A stretch of DNA of 64,000 bases from Sulfurimonadaceae bacterium (GCA_041548245.1 JBFESZ010000001.1:32001-96000); one strand, 5' to 3'. Positions 21,974 to 32,425 are shown, numbered from the stretch's first letter. Translations and numbers: made by a program. Notes: a model not told the origin generated them from the sequence alone.

Positions 21974-23029
21974 TTAAGTTTTTTTGTCCATTTTATAGAC
22001 ATAGGCCAAGACCTCAGCAACTGCTTGAAAAAGTGATTCAGGGATAGACTTTTCCAAATCAACTTCGGCATACAAAGATCGTGCAAGCGGTGGATTTTGA
22101 ACAATATGGACACCATTTTCGCGTGCAATCTTTTTTATATTAAGGGCGATCTGATTCATTCCTTTAGCTACAACAACCGGTGCGATATCTTTTCCCTCCT
22201 GATAACGTATAGCCACCGCATAATGTGTAGGATTGGTAATGACGACATCAGCACTTGGCACCTCTGCCATCATCCTTTTTCGTGACATCTGCATCTGAAT
22301 TTGACGGATCTTTGCCTTTACCTGTGGATCTCCGTCCATATTTTTCATTTCATCTTTAACTTCCTGCTTGCTCATTTTCAACTGATCAAAATACTGTTTT
22401 CGAACGATAATAATATCTGCCAATGCAAACACAAAGGTTATCAACAACATAACAAGCGCCAAGATGATAGCCTTGTCCCGCAACCAGTCCAGCTGATCAG
22501 CAAGATTAAAAGCAGCAACCAAAGGAAGCTCCTCAATGAACATAAAGAAAAAGACGAATCCGACTCCCAAAGTGATAAATGATTTTAACGTGATCTTTAC
22601 CCCTTCAATGAGCTTTTTCAATGAGACAAGGTTTTTCATCCCTTTAATCGGGTCTATCTTCTTGAAATCCGGTATAAGAGGTTTGGTCGTAAACAAAAAG
22701 CCAAATTGTGAAAAACCTGCCGCGACTCCCGCAATGGCAACCAGTATTGAAAGGGGAATCACCATGATCAAGAACTCTCTCATAGAGATAAAAGCCAATT
22801 CAAACACAAGTTCTCTATTGATCTCTTGAGAGAAAAGCGAAAAGTAATAGCGGTAAAGATTAAAGTAGTGTTCAATAATGAAATTGAAAAGAAGTAAAAA
22901 GCCCAGAATAGCGACAAAAAGTGTGAAGAGCCCGGACATATCCTGCGATTTGGGAACATTCCCCTCTTTTCGGGCATCTTCAATCTTCTTATCGGTGGGG
23001 TCTTCTGTCTTCTCCTGATCGTCGGCCAC
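21974..23029 (-). CDS. flhB: Flagellar export apparatus protein FlhB
   Basis: EKTEDPT, KSQD, GDPQVK, NPTHY autocleavage motif. Confidence 0.96.
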   Translation of the reverse strand: MADDQEKTEDPTDKKIEDARKEGNVPKSQDMSGLFTLFVAILGFLLLFNFIIEHYFNLYRYYFSLFSQEINRELVFELAFISMREFLIMVIPLSILVAIAGVAAGFSQFGFLFTTKPLIPDFKKIDPIKGMKNLVSLKKLIEGVKITLKSFITLGVGFVFFFMFIEELPLVAAFNLADQLDWLRDKAIILALVMLLITFVFALADIIIVRKQYFDQLKMSKQEVKDEMKNMDGDPQVKAKIRQIQMQMSRKRMMAEVPSADVVITNPTHYAVAIRYQEGKDIAPVVVAKGMNQIALNIKKIARENGVHIVQNPPLARSLYAEVDLEKSIPESLFQAVAEVLAYVYKMDKKT

Positions 23030-23046
23030 TTATTGCTCCAAAGCGC

Positions 23047-23865
23047 TTAATCCATTTTCATTGAGAGGTCGATCCATTTGGATTGATGAATCAAAGCACC
23101 TGAGCTGATCGCGTCAACACCTGTCTTTGCATAACTCTCTATCGTTTCCAAAGAGATATTTCCACTAGCCTCAAGCAGAACATCCGGATAATTCTCTTTC
23201 TTGTAAAGGACAACCTCGCTAAGCTGCGGCGGTGTCATATTATCACACATCACGATATCCGCACCCGCAGCCATAAACTGCTTAGCCTGCTCAAAGGTTT
23301 CAGCTTCTATCTCTATCTTCGAAGTGAATGGAATTTTTTTACGAGCTTCTTGCATAAATGCATCAATATCGACTATTGTCTTAAGGTGGGTATCCTTTAA
23401 CATCAAGCAGTCATCCAAGCCCAGTCGGTGATTTACTGCCCCACCCATACGTGTTGCGTACTTTTCAAAGACACGCAGTTGTGGGCGGGTTTTTCGTGTG
23501 TCCAGTAGCTTGGTTCCATAAGGCTCTATAATTTTGACAAAACTGTTGGTATAGGTCGAAATAGAACTGGCATGCAGAATCATATTTAAAAGTGTGCGTT
23601 CTATGCGCAAAAGAGTATGTGACGTCCCCTTGATTTCAGCGATCAATTCACCCTTTTCAAAAGGCTGTGCATCCTTAACATGCCAATTTATCTCAAAGTT
23701 TTCCAACTCCGACAAAGCATCTGCATAAACCTGCCCGGAGAAAATACCCGAACTCTTAGCTATGATCTTGGCACTAGCTGCTATCGGCTCGGAGATAAGG
23801 GCATACAGATCTCCTCTTCCGACATCCTCAGCCAAGACTTCTTTGACAAATTGCTTGATCATCAC
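23047..23865 (-). CDS. nadC: Nicotinate-nucleotide pyrophosphorylase (carboxylating)
   Basis: DTRKT, NHRLGLDD, KDTH, EASG. Confidence 0.95.
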   Translation of the reverse strand: MMIKQFVKEVLAEDVGRGDLYALISEPIAASAKIIAKSSGIFSGQVYADALSELENFEINWHVKDAQPFEKGELIAEIKGTSHTLLRIERTLLNMILHASSISTYTNSFVKIIEPYGTKLLDTRKTRPQLRVFEKYATRMGGAVNHRLGLDDCLMLKDTHLKTIVDIDAFMQEARKKIPFTSKIEIEAETFEQAKQFMAAGADIVMCDNMTPPQLSEVVLYKKENYPDVLLEASGNISLETIESYAKTGVDAISSGALIHQSKWIDLSMKMD

Positions 23866-23872
23866 CTATCTC

Positions 23873-24871
23873 CTACAGAGCCATCATTCTATCAAGTGCC
23901 ACCTTCGCCCACTTCGCTGTTTCAGGATCCACCTCTATCTCATTGATAGGTTCACCGTCATCTATCGCTTTTAATGTCAAATAGACATCTTCGAGCGTTG
24001 TCTCATTCATTGTAGGACATTCCGGTTTGGTCGATGAGAGCACATAAGTGTTTTTCGGACGCAATCTATTAACCAGGTTGAACTCTGTTCCAACTGCGAT
24101 CTTCTGCTCAGGATCCGCTTCTGAAATGTATTTGATGATCTGTGAAGTGGAGCCGACAAAATCTGCCTGATCACAGATAGCAGGATCACACTCTGGATGA
24201 ACCACGATTTTAATGCCAGGATATTTTTTTCGATAAAACTTGATGTCATCTACAGTGAAAAGCTGGTGGACCGAACAAAAACCGTCATAACAGATGATAT
24301 CTGCATCGGCCAAGTTCTTATCAATCCCGATGACTGCTGACTTAAGTCCCATCTGATTCGCAATATTCTGCCCCAGACAACGATCGGGGACAAAAAGTAT
24401 CTTCTTACCTTCTTTGAGTGCTGTCGTGATGATTTTTTTCGCATTCGAGCTTGTGCAAACCATCCCTCCCATCTGTCCAACTTTCGCTTTTACATCTGCA
24501 TTGGAGTTGATATAGGTAATTGGCAAGATATTGTCACTGTGTATGCCCTGAGCATTCATGGCTTTGACCGAGTCATCAAAATAGAGTGAATCGATCATAC
24601 GTGCCATGGCACAACAGGCGATTTTTGGCATTACGACACGTTTCTCAGGACTGAGTACCTTGACGCTTTGCCCCATAAATCCGACGCCGCAAAAAAGAAC
24701 AAATTCTGAATCATCATCCATTGTTCTCTTTGCCAGCTCCAAACTGTCACCAGTAATATCACCCATCTCAAAAACTTCATCTCTTTGATAAAAGTGTGCG
24801 ACAATCGTCACGCTAAGTTTCTCTTTAAGCGTCTTGATCTTTTCAACAAGCTCTTCTTGTGTATAGTGCAA
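23873..24871 (-). CDS. nadA: Quinolinate synthase
   Basis: AHFYQ, CGVGFM, YINS, HPEC and three Fe-S cysteines; TTG start. Confidence 0.95.
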   Translation of the reverse strand: MHYTQEELVEKIKTLKEKLSVTIVAHFYQRDEVFEMGDITGDSLELAKRTMDDDSEFVLFCGVGFMGQSVKVLSPEKRVVMPKIACCAMARMIDSLYFDDSVKAMNAQGIHSDNILPITYINSNADVKAKVGQMGGMVCTSSNAKKIITTALKEGKKILFVPDRCLGQNIANQMGLKSAVIGIDKNLADADIICYDGFCSVHQLFTVDDIKFYRKKYPGIKIVVHPECDPAICDQADFVGSTSQIIKYISEADPEQKIAVGTEFNLVNRLRPKNTYVLSSTKPECPTMNETTLEDVYLTLKAIDDGEPINEIEVDPETAKWAKVALDRMMAL

Positions 24872-24995
24872 AATATTTATCCTACTGCTAAATAATTAAT
24901 GCAAGTATAACAAAATTTTCACTACACTGTCGCTATTATAAGCAATCAAAGAGGTTTCTTTAAGTTTAGAACACCTTTTTCAAAGATGGAGAAAC

Positions 24996-25610
24996 ATGGA
25001 ATTCTTGTTTAATATCAACGGTCAATTTTATCTGGCAGCCTACCTTATAGGTGCCATTCCTTTTGGTCTACTGCTGGCCAAATTTTTTGCAGGTGTGAAT
25101 ATCAAAGAATCAGGTTCACAAAGCATAGGGGCAACCAATGTATTACGTGTCGTCAAAGAGACAAACCCTTCATTGGCTAAAAAACTCGGTGCTGCCACCT
25201 TGGCACTTGATGCACTTAAAGGGATGATCGTCTTAGTCATCGCAATCATGATGAACATGCCCGAATCAACGCTATGGGCGATTGCTGTTCTTGCTGTCAT
25301 CGGTCACTGTTTTTCTGTCTACCTTATGTTTGAAGGCGGAAAAGGTGTTGCAACCGGCCTGGGTGTACTGGCTATTATGCTCCCTATAGAGACGGCTATC
25401 GCTTTTGCTGTCTGGTTCCTAGCGGCTAAAACACTGAAAATCTCTTCTTTGTCTTCACTAATTGCGCTTATCGCTTTGGTAAGTTCGTCTTTCATCATGC
25501 ATCCTGAAATGCCACATGCCCCTGTACTTATTATCGGTTTTATCATCATATACAAACATATCCCTAATATTGTTCGTATGGTTCGCGGTGAAGAGAAAAA
25601 GGTCATATGA
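24996..25610 (+). CDS. plsY: Glycerol-3-phosphate acyltransferase PlsY
   Basis: GSQSIGATNVLR, GH, GGKGVAT, KHIPNI. Confidence 0.95.
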   Translation: MEFLFNINGQFYLAAYLIGAIPFGLLLAKFFAGVNIKESGSQSIGATNVLRVVKETNPSLAKKLGAATLALDALKGMIVLVIAIMMNMPESTLWAIAVLAVIGHCFSVYLMFEGGKGVATGLGVLAIMLPIETAIAFAVWFLAAKTLKISSLSSLIALIALVSSSFIMHPEMPHAPVLIIGFIIIYKHIPNIVRMVRGEEKKVI

Positions 25611-25930
25611 AGATTCATATAGAAGATCTTCATTTTAAATGCATCATCGGTTTACTTGAACATGAACGACATAATCCTCAAGAGGTTCATGTCGAGCTTA
25701 AACTGGAATATGAGTACACGGATGAGTTCATAAACTACGCAGATCTTGCAATCTTGATTGAGACACGTCTGCAAGAAGGAAAATTCGAGCTGATTGAGAC
25801 GGCTTTGGAAGAACTTTTTAATCATATAAAACAACAATATCCTCTAACACAACAACTCTATATTAAAATAACAAAGCCTGATATACTCCCTAATTGCCGT
25901 GTTTCTGTCTCCAATGTTAAAAATTACTGA
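25607..25930 (+). CDS. folB: Dihydroneopterin aldolase
   Basis: IIG...ER..PQ, INYA, LIE, ITKP; overlaps plsY. Confidence 0.88.
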   Translation: MKIHIEDLHFKCIIGLLEHERHNPQEVHVELKLEYEYTDEFINYADLAILIETRLQEGKFELIETALEELFNHIKQQYPLTQQLYIKITKPDILPNCRVSVSNVKNY

Positions 25931-25937
25931 AAGAAGT

Positions 25938-25988
25938 TTTAAATTTTTCTAAAAAAAACTTTAAATTTTTCTAAAACTGTGATATAAT
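25938..25988 (+). promoter_or_regulatory. hsrA promoter: perfect 17-nt direct repeat plus extended -10
   Basis: TTTAAATTTTTCTAAAA at 25938-25954 and 25960-25976, then TGaTATAAT at 25980-25988. Confidence 0.7.
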
Positions 25989-26019
25989 CCCTTGAAAATT
26001 TTACCTGTGAGGACGCTAA

Positions 26020-26691
26020 ATGCGCATTCTTATTATAGAAGATGAAGTTACACTTAACAAAACACTTGCGGAAGGTCTAAAAGAGTTCGGCTACCAAAGT
26101 GACGTTGTAGAAAATGTAAAAGATGGTGAGTACTATCTTGATATTCGTAATTACGATTTAGTATTAATGGACTGGATGCTTCCAGACGGCAATGGTATCG
26201 ATATCATCGGTAACATTAAACAAAACACACCTAAGACTTGTGTAGTCGTTATTTCAGCTCGCGATGATAATGAAAGTGAGATCGAAGCACTTAATGCTGG
26301 AGCTGATGATTATATCCGTAAACCATTCGACTTTGATGTACTTGTCGCTCGTCTAGCAGCACGTCTACGTTTTGGCGGTTCAAATATCATCGAGATCGAA
26401 GACCTGATCATCAATCCAGAAGAAGAAAAAATTACCTATAAAGAAAGAGATATAGAGCTTAAAGGTAAACCTTTTGAAGTTCTTACCCACCTCGCACGTC
26501 ACCGTGATCAGATCGTTTCAAAAGAACAACTGCTTGACGCTATCTGGGAAGAGCCTGAACTGGTAACACCAAATGTCATCGAGGTCGCAATCAACCAGAT
26601 CCGTCAGAAGATGGATAAACCACTTAATATCACGACTATCGAAACCGTTCGTCGTCGTGGTTACCGTTTCTGCTTCCCAAAAGAGGTATAA
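26020..26691 (+). CDS. hsrA: OmpR-family homeostatic response regulator (HsrA/CosR ortholog)
   Basis: IRNYDLVL, ELKGKPFEVLTHLARHRDQIVSKEQLLDAIWEEPELVTPNVIEVAINQIRQKMDKPL; plsY-folB-RR-fdx-ppx context. Confidence 0.93.
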   Translation: MRILIIEDEVTLNKTLAEGLKEFGYQSDVVENVKDGEYYLDIRNYDLVLMDWMLPDGNGIDIIGNIKQNTPKTCVVVISARDDNESEIEALNAGADDYIRKPFDFDVLVARLAARLRFGGSNIIEIEDLIINPEEEKITYKERDIELKGKPFEVLTHLARHRDQIVSKEQLLDAIWEEPELVTPNVIEVAINQIRQKMDKPLNITTIETVRRRGYRFCFPKEV

Positions 26692-26699
26692 GCACTTTG

Positions 26700-26723
26700 T
26701 TTCAGGACTGATATGTCCTGAAA
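26700..26723 (+). terminator. Hairpin after hsrA (probable terminator)
   Basis: TTTCAGGAC-tgatat-GTCCTGAAA, 9-bp stem; the U-tract is weak. Confidence 0.5.
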
Positions 26724-26801
26724 GTCCTTCATTTTCATTCGCAATCAAACTTTTACCTTCTTCTGTTATAATTTCTAACCTTAATAGACAAAGAAAACCC
26801 A

Positions 26802-28103
26802 ATGCTCATATCTGAAAAAAGTATACGCCGTCAATTTTTAATTCAATTGCTTATCGCCTCTGCTGCTTTAATATTCATCTTCTCTTCTATCCTATACCTT
26901 TTTATCCAGCAGTCTATCTATGATGACAAGAAAAAAGAGCTTTTACGTATTGCAAAAAATGTTTGTGCCTATGAATCACTGGAGGTGGTCAAAGAGGGTT
27001 CGGATACAATCTTAGGTCTTAATATAGAGATGCTTATACTTACTGATCACAATGATAATATGGATCTTGTTGAAACAGTTTCCGAGAACAAAGTATTTTT
27101 AAGTCTTATCTATCCATTCAATCTGAAAGAGAACAGTTTTATCAAAGTAACGACAGATATCACCAATACAAAAAAACTTCTTCAAAAGATTCTTAATTCT
27201 ATTTTTATTCTCAACATTCTGGGCTTTATCATCATTATCATCTATGCGGTCACTCTCTCGAGTATGCTGATTAAACCCATTACAGCCCTGACAAAACGTC
27301 TTGCCAATATGAATGAAAACTTGATTCGTCCAATTGTCACAGAACAGCTTCCCGTTGAGTTTCTACCCTTGGGTGAGACACTCAACCATCTTATAGCCCG
27401 TTTACAAAACTTCGTCAAATATCAAAAAGAGCTCTTTATCGGCACGGCTCATGAGCTTAAAACGCCTCTTGCCGTCATGAAACTAAAAAACCAGGTCACC
27501 CTCATCAAAAAACGAGAATCGCAAGAGTATATCGATGCCATCAAACTCAATAACAAAACCATTGACGAAATGAATAAGATCATCGCTGATATCCTAAACG
27601 TGGGCCGACAAGAAGGTGCCCAGCTTGAAGCACCACAAGAAGTCGATGTTATTGCTTACTTAAGAGAAAAAGGCAATGACTTCAAACTGCTTGCGGAGAA
27701 TGAAGCCAAAAACCTTGAGATGGACTTCCAGCCTGATCTCTTTATGGCGACCCTTCAACCCACTTTGCTTAATCAAATCATACAGAACTTTTTACAAAAC
27801 GCCTTAAAATTTACGCCATCTGAAAAAATCGTCCTGCTCAAAAGTTTTCAGACAGAAGCCGGTCTATGTATCCAGGTTATTGATGAAGGACTAGGTGTCG
27901 ATGAGAGCTTTGATCACTTTGCACCATTTAAACGCTCCGGTAATAAGTCGGGTGTGGGTCTGGGGCTTTTCCTATCAAAAAGCGCGGCTGATGCACTAAA
28001 CGCAAAAATAAGCATCAAAAACCGTACTGACGGTGTCACTGGAGCTGTTGCTACCCTCGAATTAAGCTCTTCGCTCAGTTGTGTATTACCAAGAAGCAAC
28101 TAG
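26802..28103 (+). CDS. Membrane sensor histidine kinase (CosS-like, HAMP-HisKA-HATPase)
   Basis: Two TMs, AHELKTPL H-box, NALKF, DEGLG, GVGLGL; own TGtTATAAT near 26764. Confidence 0.9.
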   Translation: MLISEKSIRRQFLIQLLIASAALIFIFSSILYLFIQQSIYDDKKKELLRIAKNVCAYESLEVVKEGSDTILGLNIEMLILTDHNDNMDLVETVSENKVFLSLIYPFNLKENSFIKVTTDITNTKKLLQKILNSIFILNILGFIIIIIYAVTLSSMLIKPITALTKRLANMNENLIRPIVTEQLPVEFLPLGETLNHLIARLQNFVKYQKELFIGTAHELKTPLAVMKLKNQVTLIKKRESQEYIDAIKLNNKTIDEMNKIIADILNVGRQEGAQLEAPQEVDVIAYLREKGNDFKLLAENEAKNLEMDFQPDLFMATLQPTLLNQIIQNFLQNALKFTPSEKIVLLKSFQTEAGLCIQVIDEGLGVDESFDHFAPFKRSGNKSGVGLGLFLSKSAADALNAKISIKNRTDGVTGAVATLELSSSLSCVLPRSN

Positions 28104-28222
28104 ATCAGATCTATTACTAGGCTTTATAACTCAATCAAAAGAATTTAAAATAACTTCAAGCTTTGTTTTGTTATAAATCCCTATATAATTTTTGGGCCTT
28201 ACAGCCCATGAAAAGGTAGTTA

Positions 28223-28474
28223 ATGTCTTTATTGATAAATGACGAATGTATCGCCTGTGATGCTTGTCGTGAAGAGTGTCCTACTATGGCAATTGAAGAG
28301 GGTGATCCTATCTATATTGTCGATCCGGATCGTTGTACAGAGTGTGTTGGTGACTATGATGAGCCAGCTTGTATTGCGGTGTGTCCTGTTGACTGCTTTG
28401 AACCAGATAAAGACAACATTGAGACCATAGCTGAGCTGAAGTTCAAATACGAAAATCTTCAAAGAGAAGAGTAA
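28223..28474 (+). CDS. 2[4Fe-4S] ferredoxin (YfhL family)
   Basis: CIACDACREECP and CTECVG...C...CP. Confidence 0.93.
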   Translation: MSLLINDECIACDACREECPTMAIEEGDPIYIVDPDRCTECVGDYDEPACIAVCPVDCFEPDKDNIETIAELKFKYENLQREE

Positions 28475-28526
28475 TACTTGACTTCTTAACGATCTGAAGA
28501 CGATCGCAAGGAGCAAAAGGAAGTCA

Positions 28527-29981
28527 ATGGCAAAACGCACTGCGATCATCGATATCGGATCAAACTCAGTTCGGATGGTGATCTTTGAACGTACCAGTCG
28601 TTTTGCTTTTCATCTCATTCATGAGACAAAATCACGTGTACGTATTAGTGAAAATGCCTACGAAAACGACAACAACCTCCAAAAACCTGCCTTAGAACGA
28701 GCCTATAAAGCATTAAAAGAGTTCCAGCTCACGATTATGCACTACAAAGTAAAAAAGACACTTTGTGTTGCCACTTCAGCACTTCGTGATGCCCCCAACA
28801 GGGATATCTTTATTTCCAAAGTCAAAAAAGAGCTTGGTCTTCATATCAAAGTCATTGACGGTAAAAAAGAAGCCTTCTTAGGCGGAGTCTCTTCAGCTAA
28901 TCTTTTAAATCTGGAGACGGCATTGACCATCGATATCGGAGGCGGTTCAACAGAACTTGCCTACTATAAGGACAAAAAGATCATCCACACAACATCTTTG
29001 GACCTTGGAACCGTTCGTTTAAAAGAACTTTTTTTCGACAAAAATGATTTCCAAGGGGCGAAGGACTATGTTTTACAAGAGCTCCAAAAGCTTCCAAGTG
29101 AACTTAAACATGAAAATATCGTCGGTATTGGGGGGACTCTACGTGCCTTAAGCAAGATGATCATGGAAAAAGAGAAAGTATATTTCAAAAAACTTCATGG
29201 TTTTTCTTACGATCTAAATAAACAAGAAGAGTACTTCGCACAAATATTGTATAGTGATGAGAAGGGCCTGAAAAAGCTCGGTGTAAAAAAAGATCGTTTG
29301 GATGTGATACAACCAGGTCTCTTGATACTGGACCTTCTTGTTAAACATGTGGATGCCAAACAGATGACGACCTCGGGTGTTGGTGTACGAGAAGGACTTT
29401 TTCTTACCGATCTCCTACGTACACAGAATAACCAATTTCCTCAAAACTTCAATCCAAGTGTCAAAAATCTGCTCGATCGTTTCTCTGATCTTAACAAGAG
29501 TGAGCTATACCAGGGGTCTCTTGATATATTCAATCTGACGTCTGCTTATCTTGAGATAGATGAAAAGTATAAAAAGCTCTTTCTTTATGCCGTCAAGCTC
29601 AGTCAGGTAGGAGCCTTCATTGACCTGTATGAAGGAAGTAGGCATGGCTACTATCTTGTGCTGAACGGACTTAATTACGGATTTACCCATAATGAGATCG
29701 TGCTTATTGCAACCATCATCAGGTTTCAAGGCAAGAAATCACCTGCCGCGCTTCATATGAAGAACTACAGTGCTTACCTTCCATCAGAAAAGATCGTCTC
29801 TTCCCTTTGTCTCTTAAACACACTGGCACAGACACTTTTTAGTGATTTTAATCATGGCAAAGAGCTAAAGCTAGAGATGAAAGAAGGGGCTTTGTGTATA
29901 GAAGCTAAAAACAGCTATCTATTACAAGAGAAACTCAAAGAGATTAGTAAAAACAAGATCCTGGGCATCAAGATCTTATAA
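28527..29981 (+). CDS. ppx: Ppx/GppA phosphatase
   Basis: IDIGSNS, ATSALRDA, DIGGGSTE, GVREG. Confidence 0.9.
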   Translation: MAKRTAIIDIGSNSVRMVIFERTSRFAFHLIHETKSRVRISENAYENDNNLQKPALERAYKALKEFQLTIMHYKVKKTLCVATSALRDAPNRDIFISKVKKELGLHIKVIDGKKEAFLGGVSSANLLNLETALTIDIGGGSTELAYYKDKKIIHTTSLDLGTVRLKELFFDKNDFQGAKDYVLQELQKLPSELKHENIVGIGGTLRALSKMIMEKEKVYFKKLHGFSYDLNKQEEYFAQILYSDEKGLKKLGVKKDRLDVIQPGLLILDLLVKHVDAKQMTTSGVGVREGLFLTDLLRTQNNQFPQNFNPSVKNLLDRFSDLNKSELYQGSLDIFNLTSAYLEIDEKYKKLFLYAVKLSQVGAFIDLYEGSRHGYYLVLNGLNYGFTHNEIVLIATIIRFQGKKSPAALHMKNYSAYLPSEKIVSSLCLLNTLAQTLFSDFNHGKELKLEMKEGALCIEAKNSYLLQEKLKEISKNKILGIKIL

Positions 29982-29991
29982 AATATCTTTC

Positions 29992-32277
29992 TTAGAAGCG
30001 CTGTCCGATTGTAAATTCAAATGTCGATGTTTGATCACTTGCAAAACTTTCATATGCTCTAGAGAAGATCAACTGAATCGGTCCCATAGGCGAGAACCAT
30101 TCCACTGCTGCCCCGTAGCTTGCACGACGTACTCTCTGTTTATCATACGAGTCAATTGAATTTGGATCATCTCCTAACTTTTGACCATAACCTTGCAACC
30201 ATCCTAGGTCAACAAATGAAGTCAAACGAAGTTTAGCCTTTGGCACCAGAGGGAAACTCGCTTCAAAAGAACTCGTTGCCATACTCCTGCCTCCAATGCG
30301 TCTACCTAGACCGTCACGTGGTGAAAGTGTGTAGGACTCAAACCCGCGGACACTTCCTACACCTCCCATATAAAAACGCTCTGCCGTTGGAAGGTCTGTA
30401 GTTGAATTTTCGGACTTTTCATCATAGAAGATATGAGAAAATCGTGCTTTATAGCGTAATATAAGATCGAAACCTACATACTCTTCAACACCCTTGTAGG
30501 CTCTAAATGTATTATTGTTTTTAATAAATTTTGCTGTTCCGCCCAGACCGGCAAACTCGAAGTTTGTACTGATTGAAATACCGTTTCTTGGGACATAAAA
30601 ATCATCCGTATCATCATAATTCAAACCAATATTGATAGCAGATTTCTCATAATCCTCAAAAAGTACGGTATCCACCCCTGTCAAATTAAGATCTGTTGAA
30701 ATATCACTATATTGCGATTGAGAATAGCTGTAACCAAGCGATCCGCTCAGAAAACGAGTCAATCGGCGTCCCAAACCAAGACTCAGACCATCGGTAGAGA
30801 TCGTATAATCATCATAATCCGTCTGATTGCTATAGATTGAAGCAGAACCTGAATAATCGCTGTCATTCAGGCGTGGATTGCTTACATTCGTACTAAAACT
30901 TTTTGTACGTTGCGAGGTCTCCGCTGAAAAGCCCAAATTGATCCCCGAACCGAAGATATTTCTATCCGAGATACTCGCGCTTAACAATATGCCACCGAAA
31001 CTTCCATACCCGCCGCCAAGCTGAATGTTTCCTGTCTGCGTCTCCTTGACTTTTACGATCAAGTCCATTGTCTGTTCATCAACGCGTTTTTCTTCTATCG
31101 TTGTCGATTCGAAATAGCCCGTTCTCTGTAGAGAGTTTCTTGAGTCTTTAATATCGGTGAAGTTGTATAGATCACCCGGTGCCAAATATATCTCACGGCG
31201 GGTAACCCTATCAAGAGTTCTCGTATTTCCTGAGATCATTACATCCCTGATATAGACTTTTTTCCCAGGTCTGATCTGATAGATCACTTCTACCGTTTGA
31301 GCCTCTTTGTCCTTTTTAAGATCCGGTGTGATCTTGACATAGGCATACCCCAAATCAGCGATGATCGCTTTAATACGGTCGGAGTCCTCTCTAAATGTCT
31401 TTATGTTAAAAGGTTTATTCAGTTCAAGTTTAATGACGTCTCGTATCTTTTCATCAGCAATGACTTCTGTTGATTGTTGCAGAACGATATTAGTGACTGT
31501 ATAGACATCTCCCTCATAGATCGAATAGGACATGTCTGCCAGATACTGATTGAAGTCAACACGTACAAAAGGATCATCGACTTTTGCATCCAGGTATCCA
31601 TGCTGCATATACATGTCACGTATACGCAAGGGATCATACTGAAGTTCTGTCAATTTCATCTCACCATCGTTACGTCCCCAGAACCATCCCATAAACTGAT
31701 GCTCTTTGTTAGCAATGGTATCGTCAAAATCACTTCCTTCAAATGCCGTCATACCCTCAAACGAAAGCTTTTCAATGACTATGTTTTCGCCTTTGTTGAC
31801 TTTAAAAAGAAGTTCAATGCTCCCATTGTCGAGTGTTGTCGTCTCCACTTCGACGATCGTATCAATATACCCCTCTTGAGATATCGTTTCTATCAACCTT
31901 TTTTTTGCCTTATCGACTTTACTTTTATCATATAAAGACCCTTTTTTAAGCTGTAAAAGTTCACTGTTTTCTGCCTCATCACCCTGGCCGTAACCATCAA
32001 TTTCAATGCGCGATATTACTGATTTCTCTTGAAAGTGATAGATCAATACACCATTTTTTTCACTGACCCAGATATCTGTAAAGTAACCAAATTCATAAAA
32101 ACGTTTTATAGACTTGTCAATTTTCTTCTCTGATACCACATCATCAATTCCAAATTCCAAACTCTCTCTCGCAACTGCCTCGGAGAGATGGACTAAGCCA
32201 TCAAACTGTATGTCTTTCACCATTTTGGCTTGCAGAAGAGTAACAGATAAACATAGTGTCAAAAAGACAAATCTCAT
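29992..32277 (-). CDS. bamA: Outer membrane protein assembly factor BamA
   Basis: Signal peptide, POTRA repeats, VRGF motif, WFSPMGP, C-terminal Phe. Confidence 0.96.
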   Translation of the reverse strand: MRFVFLTLCLSVTLLQAKMVKDIQFDGLVHLSEAVARESLEFGIDDVVSEKKIDKSIKRFYEFGYFTDIWVSEKNGVLIYHFQEKSVISRIEIDGYGQGDEAENSELLQLKKGSLYDKSKVDKAKKRLIETISQEGYIDTIVEVETTTLDNGSIELLFKVNKGENIVIEKLSFEGMTAFEGSDFDDTIANKEHQFMGWFWGRNDGEMKLTELQYDPLRIRDMYMQHGYLDAKVDDPFVRVDFNQYLADMSYSIYEGDVYTVTNIVLQQSTEVIADEKIRDVIKLELNKPFNIKTFREDSDRIKAIIADLGYAYVKITPDLKKDKEAQTVEVIYQIRPGKKVYIRDVMISGNTRTLDRVTRREIYLAPGDLYNFTDIKDSRNSLQRTGYFESTTIEEKRVDEQTMDLIVKVKETQTGNIQLGGGYGSFGGILLSASISDRNIFGSGINLGFSAETSQRTKSFSTNVSNPRLNDSDYSGSASIYSNQTDYDDYTISTDGLSLGLGRRLTRFLSGSLGYSYSQSQYSDISTDLNLTGVDTVLFEDYEKSAINIGLNYDDTDDFYVPRNGISISTNFEFAGLGGTAKFIKNNNTFRAYKGVEEYVGFDLILRYKARFSHIFYDEKSENSTTDLPTAERFYMGGVGSVRGFESYTLSPRDGLGRRIGGRSMATSSFEASFPLVPKAKLRLTSFVDLGWLQGYGQKLGDDPNSIDSYDKQRVRRASYGAAVEWFSPMGPIQLIFSRAYESFASDQTSTFEFTIGQRF

Positions 32278-32381
32278 TCATTAACCTTTTTAATTAAAAC
32301 AATTTATATTATTAAGCTCATGAGTCTATCTTGTATGGAGTTAAAATAGAGTAAAAGATTACTCAAATTCTAAAAGAGGGA

Positions 32382-32409
32382 GTGACAACCCGATGGGTGT
32401 CACCTTTTT
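32382..32409. terminator. Hairpin with T/A-rich flanks, probable terminator of the minus-strand gene at 32426-32824
   Basis: GTGAC-a-ACCC-gat-GGGT-GTCAC, followed by CTTTTT on + and TCCCTCTTTT on -. Confidence 0.55.
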
Positions 32410-32425
32410 ATACTAAAAGTTTGTT

